Of a DNA stretch of 64,000 nucleotides, positions 26,000 through 39,500 are shown in pieces. A program made the translations under genes and the position numbers. The stretch covers positions 57,357 through 121,356 of the forward strand of contig DF237200.1 of NCBI GenBank assembly GCA_000708835.1, given 5' to 3'. How positions within the stretch are numbered: position 1 is the stretch's first letter; every line of letters starts with the position of its first letter. The notes below the pieces were generated by a model. That model was not told where the DNA came from. It saw only the letters and a list, made by a program, of their open reading frames with translations, and did no database searches. The stretch comes from Klebsormidium nitens (Eukaryota > Plantae > Klebsormidiophyceae).

Positions 26000-28941
26000 A
26001 TGGTGAGTACTCTTTTCCGTTTGCTTGGCTGCAGCAAACATGGCTTCTCAGAGAGGCACTGGTTGTGCACGATGTGCAGGCAATGAAAGCTCGTCAAAGC
26101 ATGCTAGGAGTGCCTGGAGACTTTTTCAGAGCTTTTATTCATTTAGAGTTTCAGGAAGTTTTCATAATTTCGATCTGGACCTCGCCGCCAGCCGGTTGAT
26201 GGAGTGGGTTTGATTGACAAGATTGATAAGTTCGATAAGGTTGATAAGATTGATAAGCTTGTGAATTTCCTCGTACTCAAGTTATTGATTGCTAGGGTTT
26301 TTCCGGGACTGTTTGGCCACTTTCAAACCTCCTTGGAAGTGTTCACGCTTTGTAGGCTACAGCACAATCTGTAACAACAGCTTGAGTCTTATAGTCTGCC
26401 TCATTGATGCAGAAGCAATCAACAGCTAGTATTTATGTTGACTTCGAGCAGCATGGTTATTTTTGCTGCTATACGGAGAAACAATCGCCATGCCGCCCGC
26501 GTAACACAAATAGAAAGCTACCTCTGGTGTTGGTTATTGTGCATCATCCTCACAACAGGATCAGAACAAAATCTGCGGGCGTCACGGGATTGTTCCTATG
26601 CGTCGGGACAAATCTCCACGTGCAGATGAGCGTTTCGCCACCGCACAAGAAAGACCTTGACCAACCAGCTATTGGTCGGTGGCCTCACCCCTCAGGTGCT
26701 CAAGGTTTAATATTGCTTCCCTTTACTTGCAGCCAGTCAAGTCTGTTCGACGGACTGGCTCAAGTTTGGCCACCTTCAAAGAGTATCAATGTACCGAGCC
26801 CCAATTGCAGGTCACCTGGTGTGTACAGATTTCAACAGCAGGTCACCTGGTGCGATGCCCCTCAACCAAGGACAGTTTCCTTACAAACACATCCTAAGAT
26901 GCACACAGCGGACCTGTGGGCATGATAATTCACGAACTGCTGAAAGAGAGACGTTAGTAGGTGGAAAATCATAGTCCAACTATCCGTTGCAGGAGGACTC
27001 ACATCAGCTCCCGCACGCGGCTGAGCCGCACGATGCTCTGCGCTTTGGGCTTCCTACATTCAAGCAGGATGCTTTGCCCGCGCATCCGGTGGAAACAATG
27101 ACAAAGAATGTGAGCGACCCCGCCTGTGCCTCTTGCTCTTGTCGAACCAAGTTGAGAAGCATTGAGTCTGTAGAAAGAGAGGATTAGCTTGTTTGTTCCT
27201 GTTTCAGGACTCTCAATTGCCGGGTTGGCATGCTCGAGTCCACTATGCCTGAGGATTCTTGATCCTGGTGGAAGCGGGCGACTGGTGATTGCTAGCATGG
27301 CCAGATCTATTGTATGCATGTTGAGAAGATGCTGAAGAGTGCTCAGTGAAGTAGGCTAGGAAACCAAGAGGGTGCGGAAGTTTTACGCGGTCGGATCTTT
27401 CGGAATACATTCAAATGAGAAGGCCTCAGGACAGGTTGTTGATGGACAGATGCAACATCTGCGGTTTGCTCCTTGCAGGCTCTCTTTATCGTTCAGCTGC
27501 GTGTTTTGAGTCCTGAGTAAAAAGCTTAGAGCATCTGTTGTTCACAGTGTATATCATTCGATGACTTGAAGAGCTTGGTTGCAGCGATTCACAGAGATAG
27601 AAACCAATCAGGAAACAATGTAGGGCCCACTCTGGCGCAGGAGATGCTCGGGGGTACATGTTTGAGTTATGAAGCTTTTAGCTTGGATTTGTATGCTGTC
27701 AAAATCAGTATCTAGGGTACATGTTCCTCAATTTTACAATCGAATACTACTGTCTTTCAAAATCAAAGGTTGTAGCCCTGCGTCTTTGAAAGCCTCCTGC
27801 TGGATTTCGTGCGAGATTGTTTCAGAATTTTTTCGGCTACAACGGCGTTCGTTTACTGGATTGTCCGACGTCGGACCTCAGCCACCATCTGATCCGTTCT
27901 ACGAAACGTTCGAGATAGAGAGCTATCAAAACGAGCGTCATTGCGCGAAGAAAAGAGATTCGCTTGGATTATTTTGCAGTTTCCCAAGCAGCAATCGACG
28001 CTGAAGCAGACGCTCCTGACAAACGCGTATGGCGCCGCCCTGCCGATGCGCATGGAGATTGAGCGGCAATACCTGTCCAGGTGAGATTGTTGTCTTCTTA
28101 AATCAAGAGGGAAGTCACGCGCGATTTGGTCTTGCTGAAGCCGCTTAGGTAACGAAGACGGTTGTGCTTCTTCCGCTCAGTCCAGTTCTCAAGTTGGCGC
28201 AAGATTCAACGGATCCAAGCTTGCAAGGACGACGTCAAAGAGGCCTCGCTTTCGTTTGCAAGTAGGAGTCCTTTGCAACTTAGACCGGCCTGCAAAACCA
28301 TGTTCATATTGTGCACGCCCATGCGCCATCTGATCAATGCAGAGTTGGTGCTTATTGAGGCACCAAATTGTGGACTGACGATCTACGATGTGTCATCGTA
28401 TGTGCAGGCCTCATCGGTTACCGGGCATGCCAGATTCGCGCGTGAGCCTAGACTCCATGACGGGGGATCTGGACAACTTCGGCTTCGAGGACTATCTCAA
28501 TCGTAAGTCTCCTTCCCTCATCTTTGTTTTACATCGAAGCCTCTCAATATGCTGCTGATTGATTGCTGATCATAAGTAGTTCTCGTAGTTAGAGCAACTT
28601 GACGGCCCTGGTTCTTTTTGGGAAGGAAGAGACCGTTCCTTCCGTCACTTTCAGGAAGTGGTTTAGTATCGTTTGAAGGGTGGGCTTTCGACGTTTGCAT
28701 AGGCTGTGCAAGCACGAGCAACCGGTTTCAAAAGTGTGCCCCGCTGATTGCACCGCTTCACATGGATCCCCAGCTGAATTGGATTAAAATGAGTGCGCTG
28801 CAGGCCCTATCTCCTGAGATTTTCCTATTTCTGTATGCAGTGCCTTCCGAGCGGGAGTCGCAAAACGCGGCAGTGGACCCCCACTATGTGATGGAGGCCC
28901 GCATGGGCATGGTGCCCAAACCTTCGTCTATTTTGCGGTAG
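26000..28941 (+). CDS. UMP1: Proteasome maturation factor UMP1/POMP, 138 aa, 5 coding exons
   Basis: Exons 26000-26002 (ATG|gtgagt), 26993-27109, 27980-28080, 28408-28502, 28841-28941. Protein MEDSHQLPHAAEPHDALRFG...AHPVE...LLTNAYGAALPMRMEIERQYLSR...MTGDLDNFGFEDYLN...VDPHYVMEARMG carries the plant UMP1 motifs. Confidence 0.9.
26213..26257. repeat. 9-bp minisatellite x5 (nnnGATAAG) in UMP1 intron 1
   Basis: attgacaag attgataag ttcgataag gttgataag attgataag. Confidence 0.85.
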
Positions 28942-29639
28942 TGCCAGGTTTTCTTAAGCGGTTCCCATTCCTTGTTCTGTACATGATCCTCGTCAAAACT
29001 CACTCAACACAAGCAATGCTTCGCTTGCGCCTTGCCACGAGTCAAACATATCTCAAGCAAATGTCAGCCGGATACAAATCCCTGCGTCACCTGCTTTTGT
29101 CCACCTTGTGTTCAACTGCATGTGGTCTCAAATTGTCGGTGCAATCCCTAGCTTCCGGTCCTCCAATACACGCTTTTCTGTAGTGGCCGTAGTGGCACAA
29201 TCAAGCATTTGGTAAATCCGGCAGCACGTGGGTTGCTGTGAGGCCGTGTGACAAATGCAGTGCCATCGGTGTCGGCTCGAATGCAAAGACTATGCCTCGT
29301 ATGAGAGATTGCCTGCATATTGATTCGGGTACTAAAGACGTCCGAGCCGAAGGTTGTGACATGATGTAATGGCCGATCAAGGAAACATACTTGACTTATG
29401 CTTGAATCTCAATCATAACTTCCATGGTGTGCTTGTGAAACCACGTACATGGCAGTGCATGCTATAGCGCTGTGATTCAAGTTGACCGCCAGGTATTCTC
29501 CATCATTGACCTCCATGCAACTTGTTACAGATTCTGTCAAAGATTCTTCAATGCTGGCGATCGAAGTCTAGATACGGTAAATATACAGGCTGTACATTTT
29601 TTATGTACTGGATTTGAATACGGATATCATGATCTATAC

Positions 29640-29940
29640 TCCGACCAGACGGTGTTACATGGCGGCACATGTGCGACCGGTCGGACATGATTCGAATCAT
29701 GGGATCCCACTTCAGATGAGCGCAGGCTGCATGGACATATCATTGCGTACACTAGCGGCACGTGCACATGATCGGATATGATTTATGCCAGGATTGATAC
29801 GTGAAGCTGCGTATACACACCTAGTCGGCGGCCGCTGGCCGCCTGGTGACTTCTAAGTTAACACTGACCCAGATGATCGGTATCGAGTCGGCCGCTACCC
29901 ACCGTAGGTAGCTTGTGTTGGTGCATCATAGATCGATCAG
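29640..29940. other. Palindrome-dense intergenic island between converging UMP1 and TRAF genes
   Basis: Perfect palindromes GCACATGTGC, CGACCGGTCG, CATGATTCGAATCATG, TGGGATCCCA, GCACGTGC, GCGGCCGC, GATCGATC. Confidence 0.75.
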
Positions 29941-30552
29941 TGCACTTCGGATGCCGCCGCGTATATAGTATTGTTGACAGATTGAGTACATGTGATTGGT
30001 CGAAATGCCAAATCTGCAGTGTACAATTGCATCGAAATGGTATCGACAGTTATGATAGTAACCGGACAGATGCGTACACCATGCAGAGTCAGCTTGCATG
30101 GGCATAAGGCAGCTGGAAGTGACTACCAGATCGAAGCAGATTAGAGAACGGCACATGTGCACACAGCCGGATTCGAGAAGAGGGCCCGCAAAATCTTGAA
30201 ACAAACATGGATCAACCGCAAACAGACTAAGCAAGCGATGAACGCATGCATGACGAACCCCCACGATTCGCATATTTTGCAGCGCACAAACAGAAACTCC
30301 AAAGCAAGGTCTGCAGTACAAATACATACAAACTGCTCGTTGCAGCATGCCGCCCATCCCCAAAGGCTACCAATCTTTCCACAAGGGCGTCCAACTAATC
30401 TGCTCTAGCCCCTTGAACTGTACCAAGACGTTCTGTTGCAAACACCTGCATCCAGAAACCAGACTGCGATGCTGACTAGTCACAACAATCTGGTTCCTGA
30501 TGCATCATGCTGTTCGTTGTGCTTCCACCCCCCCCTCATTCTTCTCGCACCC

Positions 30553-33500
30553 CTACTGGTGCTGCGGCGGAAGGGGCTGCTGTGCAGGGGCAAACTGGCC
30601 GTAGTTCGCGTGGCTCATCTGATATCCGGGCGGCACGCCCGCCTGCATCCCGTTCTTATCCAGCATGGGCCCATTTACATTCACGCCATGCATCCCGGAA
30701 GGCGGGTACGCCCCCGAGTTCGGAACCCAGTACATGGGGGGGTGCCCCATGTGCCCGTTACTAAGCAGGCCGTCCGCCACCCCCGGCGGCAGCGAGCGCG
30801 TGTGACGCAGCTGCTGCGCCCTCTGCATCCCCCCGGCCGATGCATACTCCGAAGGGCCGTTCTTGTGGCCGCCCCCGCCAGACCCCGCGTTGTTATTCCC
30901 CGGGTGCTGGGGATAGTGATGCTGCGGGGGGCCCTGCTGGGGGGCCGGCTGCTGTGGCTTCTGCTGGTGGTGCGACACCCCGTTCGCCTGGGGGGGGCCC
31001 GACCCGCTGCCACCGCTACCCCCCCTCTCCGCCTCCGTCCGGTTTGAAGCGCTTGCAGGGGAGAAGGGCGATGCCCCAGGGTGGAGCTTTCGAGCCAGGA
31101 TCTGGGGGGGGATGCGGGAGTGCACGGCGTTGTACCCCCCCTGCTGATTCTGCCCCGCGTTACCATTGGCGACCAACCCCCCCATGCCAAGCAGATCGTC
31201 GTCGAGCAGATCGTTGATGAGCGACAAGTGCGGGAAGTCTTCGGAGAGCCCCGGGCTGTCCATGTGCGGCTGGCCCCCCCCTGCGGCAGTCCGCGCCGCA
31301 TGCGGGGGGGTCATCCCCACCCCCTGCTGCGGGGCACGCTGAATGACCCCCCCCTGCTGCGGGGCACGCTGCACCCCCTGGTGCTGCGCCTGCTGATCCT
31401 GCCCCCCCGGAGCAGCAGCCGGCACCTCCGCACGGGGAGACCTCGGCGGAAGCACGTCCGCGGTAACGGATCCAAACTTGATGCCCTTCCCCTCCGGCTG
31501 CGCGGCCTCGGCCTTTCCCCCGCTCTCGTTGCCCCCGCTCGGGGCCCTCTCCGGGCTCATAGCGTGCATCGGAGGCGCGTAAACACCGCCCCGCTTGCCT
31601 CCCCCGGGCGACGGCTGCTCCTTGGCGGCAGCCTGCTCCGGCCCCGGGGCGCTCTTCCGGGGGGTGGCTGGCGAGGACGACGGGCTCTCCTGCTGGGACG
31701 AGGGGGTCACCGGTGGCGACGGCTGTGAGGAACTGCCCCTGCTCGACCCCCCCTGCTGTGTGACGATCTGCGGAGGCCCCCCGATTGGCGGGAACGCTGC
31801 CAGGCTGCTCGGCGGCGGCGCGCTGCTGGCGATCGGCGCCGCCGGGGCCGGCGTGGCCCCCCGGATCTTGCCCGCGGCTGCGTTGCGGTATGACGGGGCC
31901 ACGGGTGCAGACGGCTGCTCCGGGGGGGACTTGTCCACCACCCTGGCCGTGCCCCCCGGGGCAGCGCTACTGAGCGAGCGGGCCAGCTGGGGGGGATCCC
32001 CCGAGGGGGTTGCGACGCCCGGGACGGGTCCACTGATGTGGCGCAGCAACGGCCCGTTCCCAGGAGCGCTCGTGGGCCGCGAAAGCGCTGCAGCTGCGGC
32101 GGCCGCCGCCGCGCTCGCCGCGGCGGGGGGCTCCTCCCGTGCACTGCCGGGAGTCCCGGGACGACCCCCCTGAGCGCGAATCGGGTATGCATTTGCCCCC
32201 CTGGAAGCGACTCCGGCCTGCTGCGGGGGGGTAACAACTCCTCGGACCCCAGGCCCTGTCGGTGTCGTGGACAGTGCATGCGAGGGGGCTTTCTGGGCGA
32301 CTGCCGCGTTTGCAGGGCCCGCAGAAGCTGCGGTGGATGAAGTCCGAGACAGTGCGGAGGATGGGCGGGAGAGCGGGGCTGCCGACGGGAGGCCGTTGGG
32401 GAGGGCCTGCTGGCGGAGCTGCTCCTGAAGGACGACCACCTCGTCCTCCTGCAGAAGATGGATACAGTGGTGTTAGTATTATTATACTAATAGTACTAAT
32501 ATTCTTAGGCTATATTAATATTAGGCTATTATTAGGCTAACAGTGCAGGGTAACTAGTCCAGGAATGACCATGTAGGAAATACCGAAGTCACCGGCCCGG
32601 ATCGGGTGGAATAGACAGGGACTTCGGGAAGGATTGCGCAGGGTCTTCATGACAGTGATGAATTTGATTTAGGTTGTCGGCTTTCTAGTCTCAAAGCTTG
32701 CCAGCCTGGACCAGAAGATCACGGGAAGCACTGTATGACTTCGTAGTTAGGATCGAACTGCTTTTAAAGCGTGACTTGAGACTTGCAAAGCGGGAGTGTG
32801 TATCTGACGAGTTTTTGACGAGCTTCATAGTTAGCAGACTGAGGATGCAGAAGAATCGAAAGGGGGCCTGCGTGATTCGGACACTTCGTTCAAACGGACC
32901 AGATTGCAATACACAGGTCGAACGTGCCCCGCCTTCCTGGACCAGAGTGAGGGGCGCAAAGGGTGTACATTGGTTATGATTCCTCCTTCTTACAGAGCAA
33001 TGGATTCAACAACTTCAAGCGCACCTTTTCCTTCAACCTGTCCTCCAGCCACGAGACCCGCTCCCTGAGCGACGCGATGATGGCCTCAGCCTCGTGGCTG
33101 TCGTACTCCTCTGTCCCGCTGCTAGAGGGCGCACCGGCAGCGCCCGCCGAAGCCACGCGCTCCTCCAACTCGGGCCCGTCCATGTCGGGGGGGGTGGCAG
33201 CGCCCCCGGCAGGCCTGGGGAAGGAGTCGAAACGATGATGAAAAGCAAGTAAGGAGCACTGGCGTTTCTGCGAGCGCCGGGCTTTTTGCAAGGCTAGTGC
33301 TTTTCAGCGATCGGAGTATCGATGATCCAGGTACAAGGAAGAATGGCAAAGAGGAGGGGCAACAAGTGGAATTCGGGGTGAGGATAAAGACAGCTCTCGC
33401 CTCGGTTTTTGAAATCTAAGAACAGAACACATGTGGGTTAGAGGCAGTCAACTCCTTTCAAGCACGAGGTTGCGACTTGCACTAAGGCAGCACGGACAAA

Positions 33501-36500
33501 TGACAAGCAACACGCACACTGTCCAAGTCCAGTTGGTTGTAATCAATCATCCAGAGTTGGGAGCAGCTTGGGAGCACGGAGCGAGGGGGATAGGGAGTCC
33601 CAAACCCCGTTAGTCGACTGACGTGGACAGAATTCGCACAAGCCTTCTGGTGTCCACAATGTGATTCCAAGGCAAGTTGCTTTACGGACCCACCTCTTGT
33701 CCAGCTCTTCAACCTGCTTCTCCATATCGTGCAACTCCCCTCCTCCACTCAGCACCCCCTTCCCAATCGCAGACTCCCCGGAGCCCGTCGACGAGACCTC
33801 GTCCACTAGCTTCGCCTCCATCGTCGGAATCGGAAGCGGCCCAGCGCCCCCCACCACCTCGTTGCTCTCCACCCCCTTCTTCTTCTTGTTCCTCCGCCGA
33901 CGGCTCCTCCCACCCGTTACCGCGGACGCCTCAACCGTTACCGCTCGGAATGCGGGCTCCGCCTCCTGCCACTCGTCCTCCTCCTCCTCTGCGTCTTCCA
34001 CGGTCGCCGGCCCCGGCCCTTCGTCCTCGTCGGCTTCGCCAACCCCTTCCTCGTCTTCGTCGTCGACGAGCGTCTCTGGCTCCTCGCCCAGAGGCCCTGC
34101 CTCCTCTTCGTCGGACATCTCTCCCTCATCTAGTTCTTCGTCTGCGTCCTCCTGGCTCGTCTCTTCCGACTCAGTGTCCTCGTCCTCGGGTTCCGGAACT
34201 GGGGGCGCGGGCGCCCGGGCGGCCTTGCGCTCGTTTTCCTTCTCCTTCTTGGTGCGCTGCTCGAGCTCCACTTTCGCACGCCGCTCGTCCTCCTCCTTCT
34301 GTTGGCGGTCCTTCTTGCGCTGCTTCGCCTGCAACGAATCGACAACCAATACGTCAAGCTCAGCTTTACTCAAATCGTCGAATCCGATTTTGATGGCCGG
34401 AAGACGCACTCAGAATGAGACGCTCAATGGAGTGACGACCGAGCTCCCTGATCAGCCTGATTGACATCGCAAGGACGCGACATTCGCCCCCCAGTAGCCT
34501 TTAACCACAAAAATGATGCAAGGTCAAGGGAAAACGAACGACAGCCCCAGAAGCGTGATAGGTCGTGGTGCAGACACCAAACTGCCTGCGATTTGCTCAT
34601 ACTCAACTTTGCGCTGCCCATGTAACTTATTTGCCTCGGGGCTGCCCAGAGGACTGAACGAGGCCTAACAGCTCTCCTCCCGCATATCGACCAGCGCAAA
34701 CGACCAACGCTCCTTTAGCCTCAAAAGGTCAAAGGCACGACCGGCCCCCACCTTCTGCTTCTTGGACTGCTTCTTCTCCTTGTCCGCCGTCTCCCGCTCG
34801 ACCCGCTCCGCCGCCTGCTTCTCCGCTTCCTCCTCCTCCCGGATCAGCTCCTCCTGGCGCTTGAGCGCGACCGCCTCGCGGTACGCCACCTCGACGCGGT
34901 TGCTGAACAGGTGCGAGAGCACGAACATTTCCACCGTGCGCCGCCCGAGCTCCTGCAGCCGTCGCTCGTCGCGCTCCACGCTGTCGCGGCCCAGCTCGTC
35001 GAGCCCGCTCTCCTGCAAAGGAAGGGGCAGAGGTGGTTTAACATTCTGCGAGGTGGACAAGGCTTTACGTCTCTGGGGGTAAGATGCGACGACTCTGAGC
35101 AATAAGACAATCGGAGCCGTCATGCTATTGCACCGCAGCTCGTCTGGCCCGCTCTCCTGCAGCATTGGGGGAAGAGTCAAAATCAAATGCCAACGATGGC
35201 TCATGAAGCTCCAAGCACAGGCTCCATGCTGAAAGGGAAGGAAAGGGACAACAAAAGTAGAACCGGAGGAAAAGAACAGTGTAGGCCAGTCCGGTCGACC
35301 GCAACTCACTTACACCTCGTCCTTTACCTCGTCGTTGGTTCTCACCTTGACGCGGTGCGGCGTGCCAGACCCCTTGTCGTCCTTGTAGGCCGGAATCGGC
35401 TCGTGCACGGCGCGGTCGAGCACTGTGAGCACATCGGCGGAGAGCACGAAGTACTCCTTGTCGAGCCACACGGTGGGCGTGCCCCACTCCTCCTGGCCAG
35501 CGCGCACCTGGGAAGCAACGGCCAAGAAGTCATGAAAAGCAATCAAATGGTAAGTCAATAACGGCAAGAATGCAACTGCAGAAGGACATAGCACGCAGGA
35601 AAGCAAGACACGAAGTTACCATTGACAGCCAGGAATTTATTTTCATGGTAGTAAAGATCGACAGAGCCAACTCAGAATTGCGCACCGTGTGAATGAGCGA
35701 AAGTGAACAGGCCGCTAGCAAAAGCGGATGGTAAAAGTGACGGAAGCAAAACAAACGAGTCGAATCAATCGTTCCTGGATGTTTGGCAACCGATCATCTC
35801 GAAAGTCAATTTGCGAGATGCTTTATAACCAGGTCAAAATGGACTCAATGCACGCACCTTGTAGCCACGCTCGAGCGACTTGGTGCCGCTGAAAAGCGCG
35901 TCCATGACGAGCGTGCTTGTGACCTCCTTCTCGTTGAAGAACTTCTTGACAACCGACTTGAGGATCGTGTCCGTCTTCTCGCACGAGAGGCCCTTCCGCT
36001 GCGACTCCTTGATCCCCGCCCAGAACGCGCGGAAGCTGCAAGCCAGGGCCTTTCCAGGTCAACGAAAGTTCCGGGTCGGAAAGCAGGTGCAGATGAAAAT
36101 TTTCCAGAGTTCTTTGGATGAGGCAAATCACACGGTTACAAGAGTCGTCTCTGAAGAAGCGCTTGACCAACTCGGAACGGCATCAGCAACGGATGCGGAA
36201 CCAAGAATCAGAAAAGAAAGCAAGAAGAACGCCACCTGGTAAACCAATCAATAAGCAAATAGCAATGAGCACACAGACAAAACAAGCATTGGTTGGAAAC
36301 CCCTGCCCCCTTGAAAGAGGTGGCGTTGTTGGCATTCGTGAATAGTAGATGCATAGGAAAGGACACAATCATCACTTAGAGCAGTCAACCTTGGCCATAC
36401 AGATGAGCTTTCTGTAAGATCCGAAGGGAGCCAGACAGGAGAGTATCACTAACTCGCTTGGACAGCCACTTGATTGAATGCTGCCAGGGGGTCACAGATC

Positions 36501-39500
36501 CGGATTCTGTTCATTTGCTCATCAAGATGACCCAAAGATTGTGCAAGCTTGCCTGACGAATTGGTTTGACCAGAACGAGACACCACATTCATGGTTCATT
36601 TCTCAGTCAAAACAGCTGAGACAGGTGGTGTGCCGATACTTGCCTGGCGAACCGGACTTCGTCCGAGACCAGCTTGCTCAGCTTCTCGCGCTTCTCCTCC
36701 ACAAACCGTCTGCAAATCCCCTCCACGTTTGTCAGGTACACCCGCACCAGCTCCCGCCGGTACTGGCTGTCGAGGCACCGGAACGGGCGTCCCACCGCCT
36801 CCCTGAAGGCAACACGAAGCTAGATCTGAGAGAACCGCTTTTTGCATTGCAAAACGCTTCCGAAACACGCCACAACTGCGACAACTACCAACTGGCTGCC
36901 CTGGATGATGCTTTGCCCCTCTGATGGTTGCTCAACAGGAGAAAAACTGAAGGAAATTCCAAGAAGCATTTCTCCAAAACACTTCCTAGGAGGATGATTC
37001 TGGGATGCCAGAAGGTAAATTGATTGGTAAAATAAGCACTGCGGCAAGTTGGACTACCCTCTCCTCCTCCTGATGTGGTGATGCGACCACTGAAAGAGGT
37101 TGTCTCCGCTCAGCTGAACCTTGACCCAAAAACATTCTAAAATTGTCAAAAATCCACTCTGCCTTCACTGGGGTGTCGGATTTTTGCTGGTGCCATGTGA
37201 CAGTTGAACTGCGTGATGGACTGCGTGCGACGCCAATTGTATGGGGGGGGCTAAAGAACGGGGTTTTCAAAGTGCAAGCAAAGCGTGCGTGTCGTCTCGA
37301 CTGTGACCTGCGGCTGCGCTTCTTTGACAATGTACAGCGAGTCCCTCCTTAGCATCGGCTTACAAAGTGATCTTTTCCATGAGGTCGAGATTAGGGGAAG
37401 AGATTGCCCGCCCACCACAAATGCTAATTCTTGACAAACAGACATGAGTGTAATTCACTGAGATAGCTGCAGTTGACTTCAACAATACAACCAGTCGGCA
37501 ACTTTATCTTCCTTCATTTTGGGTTTACACAAAGTTTCTCCTTTACAGGAGCGCTTACTTGATAACCTGCACCTGGGCCTTGATGACAAGCGTGTCCGCA
37601 ACGGTGAAGCCATCCCCAATCTTGGACCTCTCCATGAACTTCTTCCATCCCCAGTCGTGCTCTTTCTTGCAGAACCGATGAAGCGTATCTGGACGCAGAC
37701 ATCACTCACTTAAGCTTGGGCGAGATGCGCAAAGCAAACCGACATGGATTCGAGCAAGGAACACAACAACAGGCCCGTTGTAATCCTGTCATCTGCCATG
37801 GAGGGCCATTTTAGAATGGAGCTTGTCAGGAGATGTCTGACATTGATCCCTAGGAGACTCACTCAACAAACCATATGTGCAACGCAGGATCAAGCACCAA
37901 TCCTCCAGGACTTGCCGTTTCAGGGACGCTCAGGCACCGAGATATGCGGGCCTACTAAGCAGAAAACAACTGCAGTGTCTAAGAGATTCGTAGAAAGTCC
38001 TTGCAGCATGTTACTAAGGACGGCCGGCCTCAGAGTTCCTCAAAAGCAGAGTAACGGGGGGTCCGGCTGTACCTGAGTACTTCGACTTCTTTGGATCCTT
38101 ATTCACCACCGCAATGGTAAACTGCGCAAAGTGGCTCCACCCTGCAGGAGGCATGGCATGCTGACGTCAGACCCTCGTGTCAAGGCCGCATAGTGCGGAG
38201 CAGAGTTGGCCAGGCATAGGCGTAATGCTAGGCAGGGAAAAGATTGCCGACTGGTCTTCCGCAATTTCGCAAGAATCGTAAAAGCTTGTCTTGCCAGCTG
38301 AGGACTGTACATCTGCGGTGTGCAACTTGCTTGACGTTGCTCGTTGAGAGCCCCGGAAGCTTAGTGCTCTCAACCTTAAAGCTAAAGATCGTCTCAATGA
38401 CCAACCCAAAACCAAAGTGAGTTCAAGCCATAGTTTGTCTCCAGAGAACGACTTTGAGTACTATGGTTGCTGGAACATCCTCAAGAATAGCATATTCATC
38501 TGCTATTCGCAAACCCCTCTTCTTCTGCTATTCGCAAACCCCTCTTCTGAAGCTCCAACTTTTGAGAGAAGGGCGCGTTCTGGCCTGCGTATGACCACGT
38601 TTTCTAATGATCCGGCGGTCCATGGTTGCAGAAAAGGTTCCCTCCACAATCTGACATCGCCTAGCTAACCTCCCACGCGATCCTCTTCAGGACGGCAGCA
38701 AGAAGAAGTCATCGGACCACTACATCAGCAGATTTAGTACCGCAGTGACACAGACGCCAGCGGTTCACTCAACCCCTCAGCTGCTTCACAGCTTCTGCTT
38801 CTCTCAGTCGTCTTCTTGCAGATAGGCAGAAGGGCTTCCTTCCGTCTGCTCTATCTCTAGCTTACGAATGCTTGAAAAGCTCGTCCTGAGGAGATTGCCA
38901 CAAGCCCCCTCCTGCTGGCCTAGGGTTACCTCTCATTCATATAACAGGGCAAGGTTGGGATAAATGTATCCTCATTGCAAAACTAGCGAGGCCCACCTGG
39001 CAACAGCTTGTCATAATCCGCAACACACAGAAACAGCGACAGGTGATTGCATACGTCGCAACCATGAGGGTACACCAGGATATACCTGCAAGCGAGGGGC
39101 CAACAATAAGCGGCTCGTGGCCAAACACTGGGGATGAGAGCACCAATTGCTCAAAGACTCGCATTTTACCGCTGTGTTTGCAACAATTCAGAAAGATTAA
39201 GGACTAGATACCTCCAGCACATTGCGAGATGTACAAACGGCAATGCAAATGCAGGCCCTCCCAGTAGGTCACAATTGACACACTTAAGAACGGCCCACCC
39301 TAGATTGCGGATGCAAGCCTTACCACTTGAAGTTCCCAACCTCAAAAACGTTGCTCCGCAGCTCCCTCTTGCTAATTTCGGTGAAGTTCTCAATCTTCCA
39401 GGTGAATTTGCCGTACAAGTCTGTCGGCTTCACCCCTGTGTGCAAGATAGGCCCATTTCATGCTGACATCGCTGCTCAATGTCTGGTGGTAAAATTGCAA

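Noticed and set aside
30681-32540. Multiple 100-215 aa ORFs overlapping the TRAF last exon
   Set aside because: GC-rich shadow frames. Only the 30553 frame carries the conserved family motif.
33661-34464. Ser-rich plus-strand ORFs (267 and 238 aa)
   Set aside because: Antisense of the acidic E/D-rich TRAF exon.
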